Virus record (IMG/VR): IMGVR_UViG_3300045961_000282
Coordinates: 62,001 to 126,000 of that record
DNA length: 64,000 bases
Direction: 5' to 3' (one strand)
Shown: positions 37,824 to 46,011 of the stretch, piece by piece
Layout: every line of letters begins with the position of its first letter
Position numbering within the stretch: the stretch's first letter is position 1
Notes under the pieces: model-generated
Seen by the model: the letters and a program-made list of their open reading frames with translations, nothing else
What the model was told of the DNA's origin: nothing
Databases searched by the model: none
Program-made: the position numbers and the translations under genes

Positions 37824-39821
37824 TCAGTAGTCGACCGCGCTGACGTCCAGCGTGCCCGCGGACGCGCCGTTGACGTTCAGCGTCTGGGTGACCCACAGGC
37901 TGTCGAGGCCGGTCTTGGCCACGGCGAGGAACTGCTCGGTGAACATGCAGTAGTCGTTCTTCTGGACGAGGTTCATGTCCCGAACGATGCCGATGTCCAG
38001 CGTGCCGCCGTCGAGCAGCGTGAAGGTGCCCTCCGCGAACAGCGCCCACTCGACGGTGTCCGGGTAGTCGTCCACGGTCGGCTCGGCGCCGCCGGACGCA
38101 CCCTCCATCGACCACGTGGGCCGGATGTTGCGGGCGGCGAAGAACCGCTCGATGGTGGCGTCAGCCAGCGCGAAGGTGGTCTCCAGCCCGTCGCCCGGCA
38201 ACTGCGCGGTCAGATCCGAGCGGATCATCGCGTGCAGCCACTGCGGCCCGACGAAGCGGAGCGGCAGGTTCGGGTCGAGGCGGTGCTTGTAGCGGTACGC
38301 CACAGCGGCGCGCTCCACGGCGATCAGCACGTCGCGTGCGGTGCCGAGGGTCGCGTCGACGGTGTGCGCGTCGGACAGATCCTTGATCTTGTCGAGGACG
38401 TACTGCTCGGCGAACCGGGCAGCGGCGACCAGCGCCAGATCGTTGTGCCGGGCGATCAACTCGGGGAAGGCCCGGGTCATCAGGTTGCCGAAGCACATGC
38501 ACATCGTGACGGCCTCGAGGTACACGTCGGTCTCCGGCGCGCACTGAACGGTGAGGCAGTTCTTCTTGAGGTCCGGGTCCGAAGCGGCGGCGATGTCGTC
38601 GTCGTTGGTCCAGACACCGAAGGCGCCGAGGTACTCGTCGAACGTCGGCGACGGGACGAACCGGATGCCACCGCGGTCGGCGTTGAACGTCGGCAGCGAG
38701 TCCTTGACCGGGGTCGCGGTCGAGCCGCCGATGTCGAACAGGTCGTAGTTCACCGGCAGCGGGGCGCACCAGCCGCCGGAGGCCACGATCACGCTCGGAT
38801 CGGTGACGTTCTTGATCTTCTCGGTGTTGGTGTCGACCTCGTTGCCGCGCAGGGTGCGCTCCTCCGGGAAGGTCGCCAGCAGCGAGGCCACGACGACCTG
38901 CTCGCCGTTGCCACCGGAAGCGCGGCGCAGGCCATGCAGGCGCATCGCCATGGCCTCAGCCAGTGCGAGTCGATCCTTCAGCGGCGACCCGGCGGAGATG
39001 CCGGGGATGTCGCCGCCCGCCACGAGGGCGATCGGGGCCGCGTTGCCGCGGGCCACGGGAAGACGGTCAGCCGGGGCCGAGAACGTCGGCTCCGAGGTTT
39101 CGTTGCTCATCTGAGCCTCCGTGCTCGTAGCGGTGGTGTCTTCGTTGGCGAAGACGGGGGTCTCTTCTTCCTTGTCCTCCTCGGTCGCCTCGGGGGCCTC
39201 AGCGATCTCCTCAGCGGGGATCTCGATGACCTCCTCGATGACCTCGGGAACCTCGTCCTCCTCGGACTCATCCATGGAGAACTCGGCCTCGACAGCGGCC
39301 TCGACGGCCTCCTCAACCGCGGCCTCGGCCTCAGCCGTGACCTCGACGGAGGCCTCGACGGTCTCCTCGACTGCGGCCTCGATGACCTCGTCGGTCGCCG
39401 CCTCTGCCTCGACCGGGACCTCAGTGGCGGCCTCGACGGCCTCCTCGATCACGGCCTCGGTGGAAGCGATCACCGGCTCCTCGGCGACTGCCTCGGCAGC
39501 CTCCTCGGTGGCGAAGGTGGTCGGCGGCTCGGTGGCCTCCTCGGCAGGAGCCTCAGCGGCCTCGGCGTCGGCGCTCTGGATCCGCGTCGCGGCCTGCGCG
39601 GCCTCTGCGGCCAGTTCTGCCTTCTCGGCGTCGCGGCGGCCCATCTCGGCCCGCACGCTCTCCACCGAGTCGGCGAGGAACGTCATCTCAGCCACGGACT
39701 CGCGGCTGACTTCCTGCCCTTCGACAACCTCGAAGGCAGCGATGATGCTGCTCTCCAGTTCCGAGAGTTCGTCTTCGGACAGATCTGCAAGACGGTCGAT
39801 CATCCCTCGGATGTCGTCCAT
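37824..39821 (-). CDS. Major capsid protein (hexamer-type) with a long acidic N-terminal extension
   Basis: AGGAGG RBS. ASGGWCAPLPVNYDL, DSLPTFNADRGGIRF, FGNLMTRAFPELI and LDGGTLDIGIVRD..L...NDY..F.E motifs. Confidence 0.9.
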   Translation of the reverse strand: MDDIRGMIDRLADLSEDELSELESSIIAAFEVVEGQEVSRESVAEMTFLADSVESVRAEMGRRDAEKAELAAEAAQAATRIQSADAEAAEAPAEEATEPPTTFATEEAAEAVAEEPVIASTEAVIEEAVEAATEVPVEAEAATDEVIEAAVEETVEASVEVTAEAEAAVEEAVEAAVEAEFSMDESEEDEVPEVIEEVIEIPAEEIAEAPEATEEDKEEETPVFANEDTTATSTEAQMSNETSEPTFSAPADRLPVARGNAAPIALVAGGDIPGISAGSPLKDRLALAEAMAMRLHGLRRASGGNGEQVVVASLLATFPEERTLRGNEVDTNTEKIKNVTDPSVIVASGGWCAPLPVNYDLFDIGGSTATPVKDSLPTFNADRGGIRFVPSPTFDEYLGAFGVWTNDDDIAAASDPDLKKNCLTVQCAPETDVYLEAVTMCMCFGNLMTRAFPELIARHNDLALVAAARFAEQYVLDKIKDLSDAHTVDATLGTARDVLIAVERAAVAYRYKHRLDPNLPLRFVGPQWLHAMIRSDLTAQLPGDGLETTFALADATIERFFAARNIRPTWSMEGASGGAEPTVDDYPDTVEWALFAEGTFTLLDGGTLDIGIVRDMNLVQKNDYCMFTEQFLAVAKTGLDSLWVTQTLNVNGASAGTLDVSAVDY

Positions 39822-40002
39822 GTCTTACCTCCTGTCGGAAGCGGTGATCGACGGCGAGGGGATTCATGGGGACTGTCCCGAAACCATCGGCTCGTAGAAC
39901 GAGGGCGCATCACCGCGTGGGTGCGTATGTCATTCGGGGCATCCGAGGGGTCGGGGCCTTCCGCCGGGGGCGGGGGCGCGGAGCGCTCGCTGCTTGTGGT
40001 TC

Positions 40003-40030
40003 ATCGTATGGCTCGAACCATACGCGTCAA
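40003..40030 (-). promoter_or_regulatory. SigA-like promoter for the capsid genes with an embedded palindrome
   Basis: TTGACG-16 nt-TACGAT on the minus strand. Inverted repeat CGTATGG-N6-CCATACG at 40005-40024. Confidence 0.65.
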
Positions 40031-40082
40031 CAGATTCCGCGAATCCGTCAAAACTTCTTTGATCCAGTTCTCATCCCGGCCG

Positions 40083-40121
40083 GAAAGCGAACGCCACCCC
40101 CGGTTGCCCGGGGGTGGTGTT
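40083..40121 (-). terminator. Intrinsic terminator-like hairpin after the protease gene
   Basis: AACACCACCCCCGG-GCAA-CCGGGGGTGGCGTT followed by CGCTTT, 9 nt after the TAG. Confidence 0.65.
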
Positions 40122-40130
40122 CTTGCCTGC

Positions 40131-43100
40131 CTACACCCTTTCGGTGTCGTAGCCACGCCTGTAGTTCTGCGAATCCACGATGATGCGCTCGAGGAAATTC
40201 ACGATGTCGGCCACGGACCGCTCGACCTCGCCGCTCATGTACGGCCCGAAGTGCTTGGTGATCCGCTCTTCGAGGTTGCTCTGCTTCATGTACCTCTTCA
40301 TCGCGTCTTGGATCTCGGTGGGCAACTGGTCGAACGGGATCGTCGCCTCCGGGCCGCGGGCTTCGATGCGCTCCATCAGGCTGGCCATGTCCTGCGCCGC
40401 CTTGATCACCTCGGACTGGGTGCGCTCGTCGATCTTGCTCTCGGCTGCGGAGTCGAGGGCCTCCTTGGCCAACTTCGCTGTCTCTGGCTCCGCCATCCCC
40501 TCCTGCTCCGCAACGCGCTCGGCCTCCTTGATGGCCTTGAGTGCCGCGCGCACCTCGGGGGCCGAGGAACTCGGCGAGTTGCGCAGCCGGTAGTAGATCT
40601 TGCGGAACCGACCCACGTCGTCGCGGGAGATCTTCTGCTCATCCCACTCGCGGCGGCGCATCGTCTTCAGAGATGCCACCAGCGCCTCGGTGGCCTCAAC
40701 GAAAGGGACGTCGGCAGACAAGTCCTTCCATGTGTCGGGGATCAGTTCCGGGTGACCAAGGGCACGGGCCCGCTTCGAGATATGCTTTCGGATCTCGGGC
40801 TTGTCCGCGGGGTTCCCGCGACCGTACGCCTTGATGGCCGCCTTGAGGTCAGCGACGGTGGCGATCGGGTAGCGACCGCCCTTCATCGCGATACCCTCCT
40901 TGGCCATCTCCTCGCGCTTCTCCGAGGAGTAGTCGCGGAACTCCGCGGCGTCGACGGCCTGCATGGCCAGCGTGATCTCCGACCAGTCGGACAGGTTCTT
41001 CCAGTCCTCGGGGATCAGTTCCGGGTGGCCGAGGGCACGGGCGCGCTTGGCGATGTGCTTGCGCACCTTGGCCCGCTCCGACTCCTTGGCCCGACCGTAG
41101 GACTTGATGGCCCGCTTGAGGTCGGCGACGTCGGCGATCGGGTAGGCCCCATCGGGCAGGGCCCAGCCCTTCTTGGCCATCGCCTTGCGGCGCTCGACGC
41201 TCACCGGCTGAGTCGAGAGAACCCGCGCCTTGGCCATCCGCGCCGAGACCTCCAGCGCCTTGGCATCCAGTGGCGCGAACACCCGCCGCCGGGCGGCCAG
41301 CGCCGCGGCCTGCGGGTCCAGTGCGATCAACTGGTCGGCGTACAGCGGGGCAAGGCCTGCGGCGACCAGCGCCAGCACCTCGCCCGAGGCGACGCGAGCC
41401 TCCACCAGCGGGAACCCGGGGACGTTGACCGAGCACGCGGCAACCAGTTCCAGCGCGCCTTGGATCGGTCGCCAGTCCCCGGAGATGCTCGACGCCCGCG
41501 CGGCACGGACCTGCTCGGCGGTGACCGCCGGGCGCAGCGACCCGGCGACCCAGATGCCGTGGCTGTCCTCGCCTGCCGCCACATCGGCCCACGCGCTGGC
41601 GGTGTCATCGTAGTGCTTGACTGCCTCGCGCGCGTCGGCGCTCAGGCTGGCGTGCCCGCCGGTCAGCGTCAACTGGCCAACGCGAACATCCTCGCCCTCC
41701 TTGGTGCGCACCAGCCCGGTCATGAAGTAGGCGTAGCCCGAGCGCGAGCGCGGCGGGCGGGTGCCGAACCCCATGCCGATGTGGTCGACGTGCCATGCCG
41801 CGAGGTGGCCGAACACCCGGCCGTCGTCGGTGATGGTCAGCCGGGTGGGCTTGGTCAGCCCGGGATTGTCGAACCACTCCTTCGGCGGGTAGATCGGCGC
41901 GGCCTTGAAGCCCGACGCGGTGATCGCGAAGGTGGCCTGCGCCTCCTCGCGCAGCAGGGTGGCCAGTTCCTCAAGCATCCGCTGCTCATCGGGGCCGAGT
42001 TCCTGCGTGTACTCGCCGTCGGGCAGCGGGGCGGGCTCGTCCAGTTCGATGCGGCACTCTTGGAAGGCAGGCTTGGCCACCAGCGTCGCGGCCATGATGC
42101 GACCCTTGGTGATGTCCATCTTGTCGGGGGTGACGGTCTCCTCGTCATCCTCCTTCTTCTCGGCCTCCGTGGTGCCCGGGCCCTTGCCCTTGATCTTGGC
42201 CTCGAAGCGGTCGAGGTCGGCGGACACGCCGCGCAGGAAGCCCTCGCGGATCATCCGCACAGCCTCCATCGCCAGCGGGCTGGTGTCGAACACGCCGGTC
42301 GCGTTGCCCATCCCGCCCTCGACCCGCTCGACGGAATCGATGCGGCCCACGATCGCCGCGCCGTCATGGCCCTGCATGGAGTTGGGCTGCCACAGCAACG
42401 GGATCGGCAGGTCGCGCAGTTCGACCACGCCCTCCTTGAAGGTCCGGCCGTCGCCGGACTCGATCCCCTCCGGCAGCAGCAGGGGGATCCGGAACGTGAC
42501 GGGCGCGGGCTTCTGGCCGTTGAGCATCATCAGGATCGGGTTTGCATCGGGCATGGCTTCTCCTGAGTGATCGGCGGTGGCCACTAGCACCGTATTGTTC
42601 GCGTTCGCCGCGCTGCGCGCAGCCACTTTTGCCCAATACGAACCGGGGCGACCACCCCAGCCGTACATGATCCGGTGCTTCATGTCACCGGTCCACATCC
42701 GTGTCATTTCCTTGTGGCGCAATGCGCACCAACCCTTTGCCCGCGGACCAAGATGCTTGGACAGGTACTTCACGCAGCGATCAAAGTCACCCGGGGAGTT
42801 CCACCTGATCTTCGCTCCGCCCTTCCCGATGGTCCAGTACCGGCGCAACTTCTCGGCATTCCCCCGGTTCCGGTCGGCCCCACCCGCGGCGATCAGGGCG
42901 TCCAGTTCCTCGTCGCTGTACGCCTCCAGCCCGGTGGTGGCCGACTCCAGCGCCGCCGTCAGGCTCATCGTCGCCCCGTCGCGCAGGGCCATCGCCATCG
43001 GGAAGGTGTACTCGGTCCAGAAGTCATCCTCGCCGACGACCAGCGAGTTGAAGACCTGCGTCGGCTGCGACTCGGGGAACGGCGGCAGTTCGGCGATCGG

Positions 43101-43646
43101 CGCGGTCATGTAGGCGATCGTCTCGTGCGGGGTGAAGTCGTGGTCCTCGGAGACGTCGAACCCCTCGGCCTTGAGGTCGTTGACCAACTGCGTGCGCATC
43201 TCGGCCAACCCGGGGATGTCCCACGACATCCACAGCACTGGCTTGCCATCCTCCGGCGGGGTGAACGTGCCCCAACCCTGTGCGCGGCCCTCGACCGGCG
43301 GCCAGTCCGACTCGGCCAACCAACGCCGGGTGAAGTCGTGCAGCCGCTGACGCTCCAGACCGTCGGCCTCACCGATGTAGGCCAACGTGATGTGGCGCTC
43401 GTCGAGGGGCAGTTCCTGCGCCTGTGCTGCAGCCGTGGGACCCACGCCGTACTGGCTGGCCACCTCCGGCACGATGCGGAACGCCAACATCGTCTTGACC
43501 GGTGCCTGCGGGTCGCGCTCCCCCTGCCCCTCGTGGTGCACGTCGCGCACGACTCGGCCACGCGGCAGGATGCGGGAGTCGCGGGCGACGAAGGTCGCGA
43601 CCGACCCGTCGGGGTTCCACAGCGGGGTGATCTCGTCGGGAATCAT
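40131..43646 (-). CDS. Multidomain capsid maturation protease with an N-terminal 2H phosphoesterase
   Basis: ATGA-coupled MIPDEI, about 1171 aa. HITL and HETI 2H motifs; PEGIESGDGR...PLLWQ...GHDGA..VGRI...GVSADLD protease core; DDGRVFGH...SGDWR domain; two ~65-aa repeats (G.YPIA.V.DLK.AIK.YGR). Confidence 0.8.
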   Translation of the reverse strand: MIPDEITPLWNPDGSVATFVARDSRILPRGRVVRDVHHEGQGERDPQAPVKTMLAFRIVPEVASQYGVGPTAAAQAQELPLDERHITLAYIGEADGLERQRLHDFTRRWLAESDWPPVEGRAQGWGTFTPPEDGKPVLWMSWDIPGLAEMRTQLVNDLKAEGFDVSEDHDFTPHETIAYMTAPIAELPPFPESQPTQVFNSLVVGEDDFWTEYTFPMAMALRDGATMSLTAALESATTGLEAYSDEELDALIAAGGADRNRGNAEKLRRYWTIGKGGAKIRWNSPGDFDRCVKYLSKHLGPRAKGWCALRHKEMTRMWTGDMKHRIMYGWGGRPGSYWAKVAARSAANANNTVLVATADHSGEAMPDANPILMMLNGQKPAPVTFRIPLLLPEGIESGDGRTFKEGVVELRDLPIPLLWQPNSMQGHDGAAIVGRIDSVERVEGGMGNATGVFDTSPLAMEAVRMIREGFLRGVSADLDRFEAKIKGKGPGTTEAEKKEDDEETVTPDKMDITKGRIMAATLVAKPAFQECRIELDEPAPLPDGEYTQELGPDEQRMLEELATLLREEAQATFAITASGFKAAPIYPPKEWFDNPGLTKPTRLTITDDGRVFGHLAAWHVDHIGMGFGTRPPRSRSGYAYFMTGLVRTKEGEDVRVGQLTLTGGHASLSADAREAVKHYDDTASAWADVAAGEDSHGIWVAGSLRPAVTAEQVRAARASSISGDWRPIQGALELVAACSVNVPGFPLVEARVASGEVLALVAAGLAPLYADQLIALDPQAAALAARRRVFAPLDAKALEVSARMAKARVLSTQPVSVERRKAMAKKGWALPDGAYPIADVADLKRAIKSYGRAKESERAKVRKHIAKRARALGHPELIPEDWKNLSDWSEITLAMQAVDAAEFRDYSSEKREEMAKEGIAMKGGRYPIATVADLKAAIKAYGRGNPADKPEIRKHISKRARALGHPELIPDTWKDLSADVPFVEATEALVASLKTMRRREWDEQKISRDDVGRFRKIYYRLRNSPSSSAPEVRAALKAIKEAERVAEQEGMAEPETAKLAKEALDSAAESKIDERTQSEVIKAAQDMASLMERIEARGPEATIPFDQLPTEIQDAMKRYMKQSNLEERITKHFGPYMSGEVERSVADIVNFLERIIVDSQNYRRGYDTERV

Positions 43647-43960
43647 TTCGACTCCGCCTTCTTCCGGTCGTAGGCGTCCATCTGCTCGATGACGGTCATC
43701 AACGTCTCCTGATCGAGTTCCACGACCGGTGGCGGCTTGATCCCGGTCAGGGCGCGCAGGAAGTTGGGGGCCTCGACCCAGCCGCCGTTCTTGCGCTCGA
43801 AGGCCCGCAGCCCCGAGCCGTCCGGCTTGGGGACGATGGCCAACAGGTTCACGACCGCCGAAGGGTCGATGGAGTCGACCAGAGCGCCAAACCAAGGACT
43901 TATGGGCTGACCAGCCGCTGTCAGAGCCACCTCGGCCCGGCTCCACGTGGTGGCGCTCAT
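43643..43960 (-). CDS. Hypothetical head-module protein
   Basis: ATGA-coupled at both ends. ALVDSIDPSAV..LLAIVP...PPPVVELD. Confidence 0.7.
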   Translation of the reverse strand: MSATTWSRAEVALTAAGQPISPWFGALVDSIDPSAVVNLLAIVPKPDGSGLRAFERKNGGWVEAPNFLRALTGIKPPPVVELDQETLMTVIEQMDAYDRKKAESK

Positions 43961-45183
43961 GCCCCGATCCCCATCTGCTCGCGGGCCCATTCGAGGTAGG
44001 CCTCAAGGCGCGCCTTGGGGTCCTCGACCAACGGCAGCGGCTCGGGCAGTCGCGCCGGGGACTCCTTGGTCACGACCTCGATGCTGTTGGAGTCGACCGT
44101 GCGCCGGTTGCCCTCGTCGTCCTCGATGACCAACTGGCCGTTCTCGATGCCCTTGACGTAGCCGAGGGCGCCGTCCTTGCTGCGCACCCGCGCACCCACC
44201 TTCGCGAACCGGCCGTGCCAGTCGCGCGGCTGGTTCGTGCTGTGGTGGTCAGAGGCTCGCTCTTTTGGGTCGGCATCAGCCGCGGGCTCGGCCCCTTCCT
44301 CGGCGACAGGAGCCGCGGCTGGCTCTCCTGCGGCGGCCAGTGTCATCCGCGTCGAGGCCATCTTCGCCATCGCGAGGCTGCGCTGGCGCACCAGTGCCGC
44401 CTTGGCCATCCGCTCCCGCGCCTCGGCTGCCTCGGCGCTGAAGTCGGTGGCGACCAGTTCGCTCAGCGAGGCGCCGTCGTGCACAACCTCGGCGAGGGCG
44501 TCGCGAACCATACTGGCTTCGAGTTCGTCGTCTTCATCGTCGTCGCCGTCGGGGCCATCGTCGCCCATCGCATCCTCAAGGGCGTCGGCCAACTTCTCTA
44601 CGGTCTCGTCGAGTTGGGTGGCAAGGCCCAGTGCGGTTTCGACGATCTCTTGGAGTTCCTCCGGCTCGTCATTCTCGGGCTCACTGTCGGGCATCTCCAT
44701 GGACTGGACCGACAGTTCGGCTGACCCCGTGACGTCGGGCTCCTCGGAGGTGGCCTGCGGGGCCTGCGGGGTTTCCCCGGCCATCTTGGTGAGGAAGTCG
44801 ATGATCGCGGTCGTTTCCTCGTCGGTGAACTCGAACAGTTCCTCGACGTCGATGTCGGCATCCTCGTCCACCGCCCCGTCGGGATCCTCGGCGGCAGCCA
44901 GCATCGCCACGCAGCGCTGCGCCCACTCCCGCCCGGCGTCCCCGCCATAGAGCCCCGCCTGCCCGGCCCGGTTGGGGTCGTAGCGCCAGTCTCCGGAGAA
45001 GAACCGCAGCATCTCCATCGGAACGCTCAGGTCCACCGGCATGGAGGAGTTGAGCACCTGTGCGACTGACACCGAGGGGGCGTCGCTGATCCCGAGGGCC
45101 TCACCCTGCCGCGCCTTGAGGGCGGCGTCGGCGCGCTGGGCCACCTTCTTGGGGACCCGCAGAGTCCGCTTCTTATTGCTCAT
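43957..45183 (-). CDS. Head-module protein (GGDAG..WA domain, acidic linker, RDxxGRF plus SH3-like domain)
   Basis: Start MSNKKRTL overlaps the upstream stop. LYGGDAGREWA; QPRDWHGRFAKVGARVR. Confidence 0.7.
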   Translation of the reverse strand: MSNKKRTLRVPKKVAQRADAALKARQGEALGISDAPSVSVAQVLNSSMPVDLSVPMEMLRFFSGDWRYDPNRAGQAGLYGGDAGREWAQRCVAMLAAAEDPDGAVDEDADIDVEELFEFTDEETTAIIDFLTKMAGETPQAPQATSEEPDVTGSAELSVQSMEMPDSEPENDEPEELQEIVETALGLATQLDETVEKLADALEDAMGDDGPDGDDDEDDELEASMVRDALAEVVHDGASLSELVATDFSAEAAEARERMAKAALVRQRSLAMAKMASTRMTLAAAGEPAAAPVAEEGAEPAADADPKERASDHHSTNQPRDWHGRFAKVGARVRSKDGALGYVKGIENGQLVIEDDEGNRRTVDSNSIEVVTKESPARLPEPLPLVEDPKARLEAYLEWAREQMGIGA

Positions 45184-45739
45184 CGGCCACATCCTCGTCG
45201 TCGAGTTCCTGCCGTGACAGCCAATCTTGAAGGAACGCGACGCGCTCAGCCCGCTCCTCGGCGGTGTAGGGAATCGCCATCGCTCCGGCGGCGGCGCGGA
45301 ACTCCGCGGCCACGTCGGGCTTCCATGCCTCATCGAGCCCCTCGACGTTGGCGAGGCAGGCCGAGGGGTCATCCATGGCCAGTCGCTCCCGCGCGCGGCG
45401 CACTTGGTCGAGGCGGCCCTGTCGCTCCGGTGACGCCTGTCGGATCGCGGCAGCCAACTGCGCCCGCATGGCATCGATGGCGGGCACAAACTCCATGTCC
45501 AGTTGCACTGGGTCGGAGATGGCAAGGTTGCCGTGGGCGGTTCCGTAGAGTTCGAAAGCCAACTCGTCAGACAGCGGAACGTTGGCCTGTTGGTACAGCG
45601 CATGCATAGCGACCAACGCGGCCTTGGATCCCGGCACTTCGCCGTCGGCCGAGATGATGCGGCCAACCTTGCCGTCAGAGAGGAACGCCAGAGTCGGGGC
45701 TCCGGTGAGCGGGTTCGAGGCAACCAGTGCGGTGACCAT
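45173..45739 (-). CDS. Hypothetical protein (second small gene after the giant ORF)
   Basis: TGATG-coupled MVTALVAS, 188 aa. Confidence 0.7.
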   Translation of the reverse strand: MVTALVASNPLTGAPTLAFLSDGKVGRIISADGEVPGSKAALVAMHALYQQANVPLSDELAFELYGTAHGNLAISDPVQLDMEFVPAIDAMRAQLAAAIRQASPERQGRLDQVRRARERLAMDDPSACLANVEGLDEAWKPDVAAEFRAAAGAMAIPYTAEERAERVAFLQDWLSRQELDDEDVADEQ

Positions 45740-46011
45740 CAGGACAGGCCCTCCCCGGAGACGTTGATGCCGCGGGCGGTCAGCATGGCCATGTAGGCAA
45801 GCCACTCCTCGCGGGACGCCGACACGATGTTGGCGTGCTCCTCGTAGTCGCTCTGCCGCTCGCCGGTCTCGTCATCGACCGACCCACCCGCTCGGTACTC
45901 GGCCGCGGCGATCGGATCGTAGCGATCGACGCCCTGATCCTTGAGCCACTGTGCCCACATGCTCTGCACCTCGGCAATTGTGGCCAGTTGCTCCTGACCG
46001 CTCGCGCTCAC
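45739..46011 (-). CDS. Small acidic protein, candidate immunity protein
   Basis: 90 aa, GTGA-coupled to the stop of the giant ORF. The immunity role is inferred from position only. Confidence 0.65.
   Translation of the reverse strand: MSASGQEQLATIAEVQSMWAQWLKDQGVDRYDPIAAAEYRAGGSVDDETGERQSDYEEHANIVSASREEWLAYMAMLTARGINVSGEGLS

Noticed and set aside
38232-42566. 1444-aa plus-strand ORF and other long antisense ORFs (758..2425, 22261..24183, 29169..31316, 53790..56057, 58398..60809)
   Set aside because: Shadow frames of high-GC3 minus-strand genes, with H/R/V/G-rich composition, no motifs and no RBS.
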